DNA from: Thermoplasmatota archaeon
GTDB taxonomy: Archaea > Thermoplasmatota > JAKEGO01
Direction of reading: 5' to 3'
Length of the DNA stretch: 64,000 bases
Assembly (NCBI GenBank): GCA_028279595.1
Contig: JANQNK010000004.1
Span: forward strand, 174,993-238,992
This document shows positions 55,971 through 64,000 of this stretch, in pieces. The notes under the pieces are model-generated. The model did no database searches and was not told where the DNA came from. It saw only the letters and a list, made by a program, of their open reading frames with translations. The first letter of the stretch is position 1. The number at the start of each line of letters is the position of its first letter. The translations under genes were made by a program, and so were the position numbers.

Positions 55971-56851
55971 AACTCCTCTCCGGTCAGGCGCTCGAATATG
56001 TCTACATAGAGAGCGGAGACCTCGGCGATAATATCGTCTGGAAGCGGCGGGATCGGAGGCTCCTCCGCACCATTTTCGCGGGCTGTCATGAGCGCCTCGT
56101 GATAGCCTGTGTTGCGGTAGTGGCTCCTGACCACTTCCTTGCTCATGTCCACGAAGCGTCCCTCCCGATGCGCTGCCAGGTCCCAGAACCGATCCTCATC
56201 GGGTGTCCCGAAGGAATCTACCAGCACGGGGTTCCTGTCGGCGTCGAGAGCGAACTCCTTCTTCCCGTCCACGTGCACCAGACCGGCTATCGACGCCCTC
56301 TCGGCGACGATGGCGTCGATCCCGAGGATGGCGTCCCTGATCCTGTCCATCTCCTCAGGCGTGATACCTCCGATGTCGAGGGCCTCCTGGCCCGCGACCG
56401 GACGGTCGTGCGCCTCGAACTTCGTGGTCACCTCGAAGTACGGTTTGGGGAGCTTCATGCCCATCTCCACCTCGCCCTCGAGGCCGACCTCGGACGGGTC
56501 CACAACGCCCTTCCTGATGCGGTCGAGCATGGATCCTGCCAGGTAATGCCTTACGATGAACTCGAGAGGGACCAGGTATTCTGTGTCCGACGTCGTCGGT
56601 CCGTCGATGATCTTGAACCGCCGGACGACCATCTCCGCCCCGCCCTCGAGCGAGATGAAATGGTTGTGCACGAAGTCCTCGGTCTCCTTGAGCCAGTGAG
56701 CGCTCAGGCGGCACAGGACCTCGCCCTTGTTCGGGATCGACGATGGTATCACCTTGTCGAAGACCGAAATGTTGTCCGTGAACCTGAACTTCAGGTCCTC
56801 TCCTCTCGAATATACCTCTTTTACCTTGCCACGACTTATCAACTCGTCCAT
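55967..56851 (-). CDS. purC: SAICAR synthetase
   Basis: GKVKEVY, TDNISVFD, IPNKG, PLEFIVR, DGKKEF, GTPDEDRFWD, SKE. Confidence 0.95.
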   Translation of the reverse strand: MDELISRGKVKEVYSRGEDLKFRFTDNISVFDKVIPSSIPNKGEVLCRLSAHWLKETEDFVHNHFISLEGGAEMVVRRFKIIDGPTTSDTEYLVPLEFIVRHYLAGSMLDRIRKGVVDPSEVGLEGEVEMGMKLPKPYFEVTTKFEAHDRPVAGQEALDIGGITPEEMDRIRDAILGIDAIVAERASIAGLVHVDGKKEFALDADRNPVLVDSFGTPDEDRFWDLAAHREGRFVDMSKEVVRSHYRNTGYHEALMTARENGAEEPPIPPLPDDIIAEVSALYVDIFERLTGEEF

Positions 56852-56856
56852 ATCGA

Positions 56857-57774
56857 TCACCCGTAACCGTAGACAGGGGATGCCTTGCCCTGCTTCGCCT
56901 CGGACACCTTCTGGGCCATCTGTATGTGCTTCTCGATTGCGATGGCCTGCGCGTAGAGCGGCATCGGATCTATGTCGATCTTGAGCAGCATGCTGTCGAT
57001 GGTCTCGAGGATCTTCGCGGCAGCACGCGCATCGGGATAATCGGGATGGGCCTCGGCGAGCAGGCATACGACCTCCAGCCTCCGGCGCTTGCCCTCGTTC
57101 AGGAGGACGCCCGAGACACCTGAGATCACTCCCTCCTCGAATACCGGCACTTCGTACTTCTGCAGCAATGCGTTCGCGTTGTCCGTGCATCCCACGCCGT
57201 AGGTGTTCACGGACTGACGCATGAGGTCGATGGCCTTGGCGAGCTTCTCCTTGAGGTCCTCGGCCGATATGTCCTCGAGGTCGCCCTTCGGGAGGTCCCC
57301 GGGCAGGCTGCCCTCTTGTCCGGATCCCTCGTCGCCTTCCTCCGATTGTTCGTCCGGGAGGGCCATTCCGTCGTCCTCGGACCCTTCGCCTATGACAAAA
57401 CCTTCGGGGGATATCAGAAGGGTGCAGTTCTGCTCCTGCATCCAGTCCAGGACTGTGGTCGTTATGGACCTTATCATCGCCTGGGGCGGTTGGAACTCGG
57501 AGATGAAGACGACGAGCTTGGTGGTCCCGCCCTCGCCAACGGTTCCTCCGTAGATGCGGACCGGGTTGTAGGGTATCCCGTTCCGTACCAGGGATATCGT
57601 CGGGAACTTCTCGCTGTCCAGCACGCCGATCTGTTCCAGTTCGAGGGTTGTTATGATGTAGTCCGCGACGATGGAGCTTACGAGCCCCACACTGGGGAAT
57701 CCCTCGATTATGACGGCGCCTGTTAGGTCCATCTTCTTCATGTCGAATATCTTGATGTCGGATGCGTCGGTCAC
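56857..57774 (-). CDS. PAC2-family proteasome assembly chaperone
   Basis: EGFPSVGLVSSI, P.RIY, ISGVSGVLL, YPDARAAA; C-terminal YG. Confidence 0.88.
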   Translation of the reverse strand: MTDASDIKIFDMKKMDLTGAVIIEGFPSVGLVSSIVADYIITTLELEQIGVLDSEKFPTISLVRNGIPYNPVRIYGGTVGEGGTTKLVVFISEFQPPQAMIRSITTTVLDWMQEQNCTLLISPEGFVIGEGSEDDGMALPDEQSEEGDEGSGQEGSLPGDLPKGDLEDISAEDLKEKLAKAIDLMRQSVNTYGVGCTDNANALLQKYEVPVFEEGVISGVSGVLLNEGKRRRLEVVCLLAEAHPDYPDARAAAKILETIDSMLLKIDIDPMPLYAQAIAIEKHIQMAQKVSEAKQGKASPVYGYG

Positions 57775-57793
57775 TGAACCACGTCCTGCATGG

Positions 57794-58042
57794 TCACTTC
57801 ACGGTCTCCAGCTGACTGATGAGGTCCCATATGAGCGTTCGTCCGTGGATTGGTATGTTGGGGTCGTTCGCGAGCTCATCGAGCATGAATATGGCGCTTG
57901 CTGTACGAACGTCGAGGGCCTCCGCCTCGTTGAGGAGCCTCTCCCGTGCCTCCCTCGCGCCGCGACGGATGTTCCTGGGGACGGATGTGTCCTCCGATAG
58001 TTGCTCAAGTATGTCGATTATGGGTTTCAGTTTCTCCTCCAT
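57794..58042 (-). CDS. UPF0147 family protein
   Basis: DTSVPRNIRR..A, LDELANDPNIP.HGRT.IW. Confidence 0.9.
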   Translation of the reverse strand: MEEKLKPIIDILEQLSEDTSVPRNIRRGAREARERLLNEAEALDVRTASAIFMLDELANDPNIPIHGRTLIWDLISQLETVK

Positions 58043-58212
58043 GCGACCACCCCGGTCAACACGAATAATGGGCATACCTGATAAACATTTCTGATAACAT
58101 GTAAACCTCGGACCGGGCCAGGTCGGCCCGGGGGTCCGGACCGTTGGATTCCGCTCGTTCCGGATTAACCTTTTATAGACTGGGTACGTTGGTCGCAAGG
58201 GGGTAGCAAAGC

Positions 58213-58485
58213 ATGAAAAGCGTCAAGATAAAAGCGGCAGGCCACTTCATCGAAAGGGACGTCTTCCGGCAGATGGAGGACGTCGTCGCAGGGACCCCTG
58301 CGGACATAACGGACGTGGAGATGTACCTGCCCAGTCTGAAGGGCGGTATAGGGAAGAAGTACCCGTCCATCGTCCAGTTCACCCTCATCGCCAGACGGAT
58401 CCACGTGGACGTCTACTACGAGAAGGTCATGGAGATCATCTCGAAGAACGGCTGCAACATCCTCTACACCGGCATCGAGGATTGA
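58213..58485 (+). CDS. Small hypothetical protein (possibly ACT-like fold)
   Basis: ATG after a TTTTATA promoter and GGGGGT RBS; GC3-rich codon usage like neighbouring genes. Confidence 0.65.
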   Translation: MKSVKIKAAGHFIERDVFRQMEDVVAGTPADITDVEMYLPSLKGGIGKKYPSIVQFTLIARRIHVDVYYEKVMEIISKNGCNILYTGIED

Positions 58486-58522
58486 GCTGACGCTGGTCGT
58501 AATGGGTTCTCGGTCTATTGTA

Positions 58523-60109
58523 TCACACTATCGGTACGAAGGTCGGCAGTAGATTTCCGTCGCCGGGCTTCCACGAGATGTGGTAGAACCTCGTCTTAGG
58601 CTTGACGCCGTAGAGCAGTATGCTCCCGGCGAACTCCATGAGGCCGAAGTGGATGTCCGAGATCGCGGAGACCTTGTCCTTGAGCCTGCTCTCGTCGGAG
58701 GTGGTGACGCGGAGGGTCAGGTTGCCCTCCTGGGCAGTCCCCTCGGCCGAGATGTCCAGCTCCCTCGAGTAGGCGTCCTGCCCGTGCCTCGACACGACCG
58801 TCTCGACGCCGACGACCTCCAGGATGCCTTTCCTCGTCCGCTCCTCCAGGGCCTTCCTGGCCCGCTGGACCTTCTTCGAGTCCTCCTCGATGTTCTTGAA
58901 ATCCAGGGGCAGGACGTTGATGTCCTCCTCCTTGGCGCCGCCGGTGTGGGCGGTGAGGACCATGTGGTTCCTGAACTCGTTCTCGAGTCCCGCTGCGGTC
59001 GCGAGCTGCGACAGCTGGGCATGGCTCGCACCTGCGAACGGTGTGAACATGACGCCGCCGCCAGACACGAGGAAATGCAGAATGGTATTCGACACCAGGA
59101 GCCTTGCCGCCTCGTTGGGGACGCCGTTCCCGATCTCGAAGAGGACGTTCGCACCTACAGGGAAACCGCCCTCGAGTATCTCGTCGAGGGTGGGAGATCC
59201 CGTCGAGTAGTATCCGGCGGGAGCGGTTATCGGCGAGCACTTGATCCCCCCCTTTATCTGTACGGGCGTGAACGGCTGGAAGCTCCGGAAGTGGCCGCCG
59301 TGGAGTGTCAGGAGGTAGTCCGGCTGGCGGATCTCCTCTCCCCTCAGCTTCTGGATGTTCATGGTCCTGTAGCGGCGTCCGCTCTCCTCGAAGATGCGCT
59401 GTTCCACGACGCCGTCGACGAGGAAGTCCACGGCCGTCGGCTCGCGCTCCTCCATGACGACGAGGAGGTCGGCGTAGTTCCTCTCGACGAGGTCCTTCTG
59501 AAGCGTGAATATAAGCTCCTCGGGCTCGAGGTGGTACTTGCCCACCAGGCCCTTCAGGCTGTCCAGGACGAAGAACGATTTGTTGGGTATGTTGTCGTTG
59601 ACCTTGCGATACACGGCCTCGATGTCCGGTATGGCCTCGCGCCTGCCGAGTCTGTCCAGGTACGGTGTCTCGAAGTTCAGGGACCTCTCCTGCCGCGGTT
59701 TCGCCGCAGGTTCCTCCTTCCGCTCCTCCTCGAGACGCCTTATGCCGGCGTACATGAACTTCTCCTTGGAGAAGTAGTCGCCAGGGGTGATGAAGGCCAT
59801 CTCCTTCTCCGCGGCCTTCGGCGCCGGCGCCCTCGCCTTGTGGGGTGCGTGGAGCTCCTTCTCCCTTAGCCACGGGTAATGACGGTAGAGGGCCTCGTTG
59901 GATACCCGCGTGGAGACGTAGTAGACGTTCTCGAAACTGCTCATGACCTCGATCATCTCCAATGCGAAGGTCGTCTTGCCGGTACCGGCCAGACCCTTCA
60001 CGAGGAGCGAGGATGTGGTCGATTTCCCGAAGAACGAGATGATCTCGAGCGGGACATGTGGATGAGTAAGGAATACCGCAGTCTCCGTCATGGTCTCACG
60101 TGTGGTCAT
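58523..60109 (-). CDS. GvpD/KaiC-like tandem RecA-fold ATPase
   Basis: Walker A GLAGTGKT, LDS, DFLVDGVV, R...IQKLRG; second domain STGSPTLDEILEGG has no Walker A. Confidence 0.8.
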   Translation of the reverse strand: MTTRETMTETAVFLTHPHVPLEIISFFGKSTTSSLLVKGLAGTGKTTFALEMIEVMSSFENVYYVSTRVSNEALYRHYPWLREKELHAPHKARAPAPKAAEKEMAFITPGDYFSKEKFMYAGIRRLEEERKEEPAAKPRQERSLNFETPYLDRLGRREAIPDIEAVYRKVNDNIPNKSFFVLDSLKGLVGKYHLEPEELIFTLQKDLVERNYADLLVVMEEREPTAVDFLVDGVVEQRIFEESGRRYRTMNIQKLRGEEIRQPDYLLTLHGGHFRSFQPFTPVQIKGGIKCSPITAPAGYYSTGSPTLDEILEGGFPVGANVLFEIGNGVPNEAARLLVSNTILHFLVSGGGVMFTPFAGASHAQLSQLATAAGLENEFRNHMVLTAHTGGAKEEDINVLPLDFKNIEEDSKKVQRARKALEERTRKGILEVVGVETVVSRHGQDAYSRELDISAEGTAQEGNLTLRVTTSDESRLKDKVSAISDIHFGLMEFAGSILLYGVKPKTRFYHISWKPGDGNLLPTFVPIV

Positions 60110-60204
60110 TGGTCCAAGGGGTATTTGATTCTTTTCAATCGGTCGGGAAATCTGGCCTTTCCATGACGGAGGGGTTTTATATCGATCGGAACGCTCCCTG
60201 TTCC

Positions 60205-60606
60205 GTGTACGAGGTACTGGAGCACACGGCCGACGTCGGGATCAGGGGGGCTGGCCCCACGCTTGAGGAGGCGTTCCGGGAGACGGCCCGCGGGATGTTC
60301 TCCATAATCGGCACGGCCAGCGAGCTTCCCTGCTCCATGGAGGTCGCCGTCACTGCCGACGGTCACGACCACGAATCGCTCCTCCACGGTCTTCTTTCGG
60401 AACTGCTCTTCGTCCATGAGGTGAGCGAGATCTTCGTAACGGACCTGGAGCTGGTACTGGATGGTCTCTCCCTCAAGGGGACGGCCAGGGGATGTCCGGC
60501 GTCCCTTTCCGAGATCTCGTCGGAGATAAAAGCGGTCACCTATCACCGCCTCAGTGTGGCGGAGACGGCCGAGGGATGGGTCTGCGAGGTCCTGTTCGAC
60601 ATCTGA
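60205..60606 (+). CDS. Archease
   Basis: YEVLEHTADVG, IKAVTYH, VLFDI; GTG 60205 ~25 nt after TTTTATAT suggests a leaderless transcript. Confidence 0.93.
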   Translation: MYEVLEHTADVGIRGAGPTLEEAFRETARGMFSIIGTASELPCSMEVAVTADGHDHESLLHGLLSELLFVHEVSEIFVTDLELVLDGLSLKGTARGCPASLSEISSEIKAVTYHRLSVAETAEGWVCEVLFDI

Positions 60607-60661
60607 CGGCCACAGCGGTCCAGCTGTCAGGAGTGTGCCTCGTTTTCGTCAAAAGACCGCT

Positions 60662-61168
60662 TCAGGCGAGCTCCCTCTCCTCGACCAGTTTTGACCGCAC
60701 CTTGAGCACGGTGTTCTGGCCCACGTCCACGATCGTATCGCCGTAGAGCCCGCCGTCGACCTTCTCGGGGAAGGTGAGGGTGCGCTTCTCCACCACTGCT
60801 GCCTCGACCACGGGTTCGGGCTCCGGTTCCGGGGGCGGTGGCGGGGGTGCGGGCGGCGAGGGCTCCTGTACCGCTGAGAACTCGGTCGGCGGCGGCGGTG
60901 GCGGAGGGGCTTCGGAGAACGCCGGGGGTGTCGATGACTCCTGGACCACGCTCTCCTCCGGTGCCAGCTGCATCGCGAGGATGAACATGGCGGCGATAAG
61001 GAACACGCCGATGAGAATGAAAGTGTTCTCGCCGATGAACTCGTAGTCCTCGGCGACGTCCGGTGCCTGGAGGTACATGACCATGACCACTACGATGTAG
61101 GCCATGGAAAGCAGGATAGCCCAGCCCATTATGTTGCGCTGGCCCTGAGCTGCGGTAGATGCCATCAT
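60662..61168 (-). CDS. Two-TM membrane protein with Pro-rich linker
   Basis: Two hydrophobic segments, poly-Pro/PEPE linker, short C-terminal domain GGLYGDTIV. Confidence 0.7.
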   Translation of the reverse strand: MMASTAAQGQRNIMGWAILLSMAYIVVVMVMYLQAPDVAEDYEFIGENTFILIGVFLIAAMFILAMQLAPEESVVQESSTPPAFSEAPPPPPPPTEFSAVQEPSPPAPPPPPPEPEPEPVVEAAVVEKRTLTFPEKVDGGLYGDTIVDVGQNTVLKVRSKLVEERELA

Positions 61169-61265
61169 GTCACCGGATGTTCCTCCAAATACTGGAAATG
61201 TAGTTAAAGGTTTCTCATGGCCAACGACGTGGAAAAGTGCATTTACGGGGCGTTTTTCGAGCGCC

Positions 61266-61517
61266 TTACGGATTTCCTTTCCGGTCCCTCGAGAAAATGG
61301 TGTTACCTCCGTCCGATATCTCGATCACCCTGTGATAGGGGATGATCGTGTCGCCCATCTCGAAGTGTCCCCGGCCCACATCGGTTATGTCGGCGCCGCT
61401 CACGACGGCGATGTCGTTTGGGGAGCCCCTGGATACGTACGATATCTCGAGTCGAGAGAGGTCGTGGCCCTCGGTCCATCTGTACCTCAGGAGCACGTCC
61501 CTAGGGAATTCGCCCAT
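61266..61517 (-). CDS. DUF504/UPF0248 (RNA-repair-associated domain) protein
   Basis: PRDVL..RW, Y.SRG.P, IPYHRV. Confidence 0.75.
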   Translation of the reverse strand: MGEFPRDVLLRYRWTEGHDLSRLEISYVSRGSPNDIAVVSGADITDVGRGHFEMGDTIIPYHRVIEISDGGNTIFSRDRKGNP

Positions 61518-61558
61518 AGCTACACTAACAGATGCGGCCACAAATAAGTCTTCGTGCA

Positions 61559-61864
61559 TCACTCCGATAGGGTGAACCTGACATCGTCCCCTCCGACATC
61601 GAATAGGCCGACGCGGACGCCGGCGTCGATCCAGCCGTAGGCGTACGAGACCGCCTCCACCGCTCTTAGCAGGTCGCCGCCGTCGGCGAAGTGCCTTGCG
61701 TCGGAGATGTATGCATCTATCATCTCGAGGAAGTCCTCGGCCAGACGTCTCAGGTGCGAGGGTTCCGGCGCAGCGATCCCCATCCTCTCGCGCGCGGTCT
61801 CGGCCAGCTCCATCCTCTTCTCGAAGAACTCCATCGTCGTCTCATCCATCCTGACACTCTCCAT
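61559..61864 (-). CDS. DUF357 family protein
   Basis: AYISDARHF..GD..A..AVSYAYGWIDAGVRVG. Confidence 0.85.
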   Translation of the reverse strand: MESVRMDETTMEFFEKRMELAETARERMGIAAPEPSHLRRLAEDFLEMIDAYISDARHFADGGDLLRAVEAVSYAYGWIDAGVRVGLFDVGGDDVRFTLSE

Positions 61865-62147
61865 CGGGCATCGTGACGACGACCTCCGCCGACGTCACCC
61901 ATCTTAGTTTCCTAACAGACCTGGCCATGTCGGCCTTAAGCTCCTCGAGGACAGGGCAGGCAGGGGTGTCCGGCCTGAAGTTGACGACGACCCTGTATCC
62001 CTTTCCGTCGGGGACGACCTCCACACCGGTCACGAGCTTCATCTTCAGGACCGAGATGTTGGTGTGTGGGTCGATCACCTTGTCAAGACGCTTGAGGACC
62101 TTTGCCGTCCGTTTTGAGATGTCGTCCTTCGGGTCGGACCGGCTCAA
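61842..62147 (-). CDS. DUF59/SufT-like Fe-S cluster assembly protein
   Basis: L.KVIDPH.NISV..M.LV, TPACP. Confidence 0.75.
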   Translation of the reverse strand: MSRSDPKDDISKRTAKVLKRLDKVIDPHTNISVLKMKLVTGVEVVPDGKGYRVVVNFRPDTPACPVLEELKADMARSVRKLRWVTSAEVVVTMPDGECQDG

Positions 62148-62902
62148 TCCCTTTCACCCCAGCCGTCGTTCATGGCGGTGATGATGTCGCCGAGAACGGA
62201 CTCCACCTCCGTCTCGTCCTCGACCAGGGTTCCAGTGACGATGATGTCAGCGCCAGCCGCGACGAGTGCCCTGGCCTGTTCCGGTTTCCTGATGCCGCCG
62301 CCGGCAACTACCGTGATATCGGATTCGGACCGGATCGCGCCGACCATCTCGGCCTTGACCGGCTCGGGAGCACCCGAGCCGGCCTCCAGATAGAGCAGTT
62401 TCATCCCCAGGTACTGGGCGCAGAGCGCGTACGATACGGCAGTGTCAAGCTCTCCGTGCATGACGGGGTCGGCCATGCCGACCTTCCCGACGGCCATCCC
62501 TGGCTCGATTATCAGGTAACCCAGGGGTATCGGCTCGAGACCCATCTTCTTGACGATCCGCGAACCCTTCATCTGCTCTCCCACGATGAACCTGGGGTCG
62601 CGGGAGTTCAGGAGGCTCATGAAGTAGAGTGCGTCGGCGAGCGGCGACAGGGCCGAGGCCGCCGGAGGGAAGAGGATGATCGGGCCGTCGAACGAGTCCC
62701 TGACGCCCTTGATGCAGTCGTCCAGACCCTCCTGGGTAAGTCCCGTGGAGCCGCCTACCATAATGGCTCCGGACCCAGCGCGCTGGGCAGCGCCGGCGAG
62801 CTCGCTAGCGATCTGTCTGGGCGCCTTGTCCGGGTCTATCAGGGTCATGTGGACGGGTCCGTCTTGAATCCGCCCCATGAGGTATCCGAGAACGTCCTTC
62901 AT
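62144..62902 (-). CDS. Geranylgeranylglyceryl phosphate synthase
   Basis: HMTLIDPDK, MVGGST, ILFP, SLLNS, GYLI, YLEAGSG, GGGIR; ATG 62902. Confidence 0.93.
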   Translation of the reverse strand: MKDVLGYLMGRIQDGPVHMTLIDPDKAPRQIASELAGAAQRAGSGAIMVGGSTGLTQEGLDDCIKGVRDSFDGPIILFPPAASALSPLADALYFMSLLNSRDPRFIVGEQMKGSRIVKKMGLEPIPLGYLIIEPGMAVGKVGMADPVMHGELDTAVSYALCAQYLGMKLLYLEAGSGAPEPVKAEMVGAIRSESDITVVAGGGIRKPEQARALVAAGADIIVTGTLVEDETEVESVLGDIITAMNDGWGERD

Positions 62903-63711
62903 GTGAGTCCTCCCGCGATGAACGCCGCCAGCCCCACCCCCATGGCATACTTCAGCAGTGTCGATGCCCTGGCCGGGTCCTTGAACCGGGTGATGGAATA
63001 TATAAATATTGCATCCGCGGCGATAACCGCGTACAGGTAGCCGAGGCCGAGGAGCCCGAAGACCACAGGGATCGGGCTGAGAGCGACCGCCATCACCACC
63101 ATCGCTGCAGCGACGGTCGTTGCCTGCTCGATGCCTATCGCCTTCGGGAGAGTCCTTCGGTCGGCGTCGCCCTCCACGTCCTGGACGTCCTTGACGATCT
63201 CCCTCGAGAGCGTTGCGAGGAATGCGAGCATCAGGAGCGAGACCGTCGGAAGCGGATTCCCGACGACGGCTCCGCCGAAAAGGAAGAGCATTCCGACGAG
63301 GAGGCTGATCGTGACATTTCCGACGAAACCCCGATGCTTGAGGCCCAGGTCGTAGGAGACCATGAGCACTGCCGCGACTGCGGCGATGACCGTAGCGATC
63401 GGATCGAGAAGCAGGGCGATAGCCATGCATATGACGAACATCCCTGCCGAGAAGCCCATCACCGTCTTCGGCCTCAGCCGGCCAGAGGGGATCGGCCTTC
63501 CGGGATGGTTCTTCCTGTCGACCTCACGGTCGGTGTAATCGTTGAGCGCGTTCCCTCCCGCCATGAAGGTCGCGACGACCAGGCAGCCGAAGAGCACCGG
63601 ATACTGATGGTCCACGACCCCGGTCCCGCTGGCGACAAGAGCTCCGACGACCACCCCGAGCATGCCGAAGAGCAGGTTCACGGGACGGGCGAGCTCGACG
63701 AACGCCTTCAT
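62899..63711 (-). CDS. Digeranylgeranylglyceryl phosphate synthase (UbiA family)
   Basis: RPVN, NDYTDREVDRKNHPGRPIPSG, REIVKDVQDVEGD; coupled to the GGGP synthase gene. Confidence 0.9.
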   Translation of the reverse strand: MKAFVELARPVNLLFGMLGVVVGALVASGTGVVDHQYPVLFGCLVVATFMAGGNALNDYTDREVDRKNHPGRPIPSGRLRPKTVMGFSAGMFVICMAIALLLDPIATVIAAVAAVLMVSYDLGLKHRGFVGNVTISLLVGMLFLFGGAVVGNPLPTVSLLMLAFLATLSREIVKDVQDVEGDADRRTLPKAIGIEQATTVAAAMVVMAVALSPIPVVFGLLGLGYLYAVIAADAIFIYSITRFKDPARASTLLKYAMGVGLAAFIAGGLT

Positions 63712-63832
63712 CCGGTTGAAAGGAACGCAGCGTTATTTAAGGCTGAGGGAGGCGTTGGCCAACATACAAAACCTTTTTTATGTCCGCCCATATCGCTCCT
63801 TCCCCCCGCGCTTCGGCGCGGACTAGCAACCT

Positions 63833-63921
63833 GCCGAGGTAGCCTAGCCCGGCCAAGGCGACAGCCTCGAGAGCTGTTGGTGCTTTGCGCCTCGAGGGTT
63901 CGAATCCCTCCCTCGGCGCCA
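63833..63921 (+). tRNA. tRNA-Ser(CGA), intronless, CCA encoded
   Basis: Acceptor GCCGAGG/CCTCGGC, anticodon arm ACAGC-CTCGAGA-GCTGT, long variable arm, T arm GAGGG-TTCGAAT-CCCTC, discriminator G plus CCA. Confidence 0.96.
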
Positions 63922-64000
63922 ATCTCATTCTGCCAGTGAAGCCGAGGGTGGGTGAGAACCCGCTCTCGAACAGGGTTGTTCGGGGACTTGAGGTAATTGG

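Noticed and set aside
63833-64000. Integrated element at tRNA-Ser
   Set aside because: No duplicate of the tRNA 3' end or integrase is visible; only 79 bp downstream are available.

Overview
GC-rich archaeal chromosomal window. Archaeal markers are GGGP and DGGGP synthases, type 2 IPP isomerase, archease, PAC2, UPF0147 and TATA/BRE promoters; a Thermoplasmata-like origin is my inference only. The left ~49 kb is a central-metabolism cluster: aconitase, SucCD, Mdh and two-subunit fumarase surround a ~27 kb co-oriented minus-strand block (13.9-41.2 kb). That block encodes a GlcD/GlcF-type 2-hydroxyacid dehydrogenase, a lipoate:protein ligase, two HdrC/HdrB pairs, three double-length HdrA, two MvhD, a soluble Tfr-like fumarate reductase, KorDABG, FlxCBA, a LarA racemase, an OsmC peroxidase and an LbpA/GcvH-like lipoyl carrier. 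The best candidate for an undescribed system is a flavin-bifurcating Hdr-Flx-Tfr circuit that uses a lipoylated carrier protein, not CoM-S-S-CoB or DsrC, as its thiol/disulfide shuttle (inference from gene context). Other oddities are a dispersed ~38-bp hairpin repeat with covarying stems (4 copies), a protein of four AMP-binding C-terminal domains with no catalytic core, a four-RAM-domain protein without HTH, a 2261-aa surface protein with two 8-repeat propellers inserted into a beta-helix, and a probable CTG start codon. The right ~15 kb is housekeeping (ether-lipid genes, purC, prs, trmJ) and ends at tRNA-Ser(CGA). All calls come from motif recognition by eye; no database searches were run.
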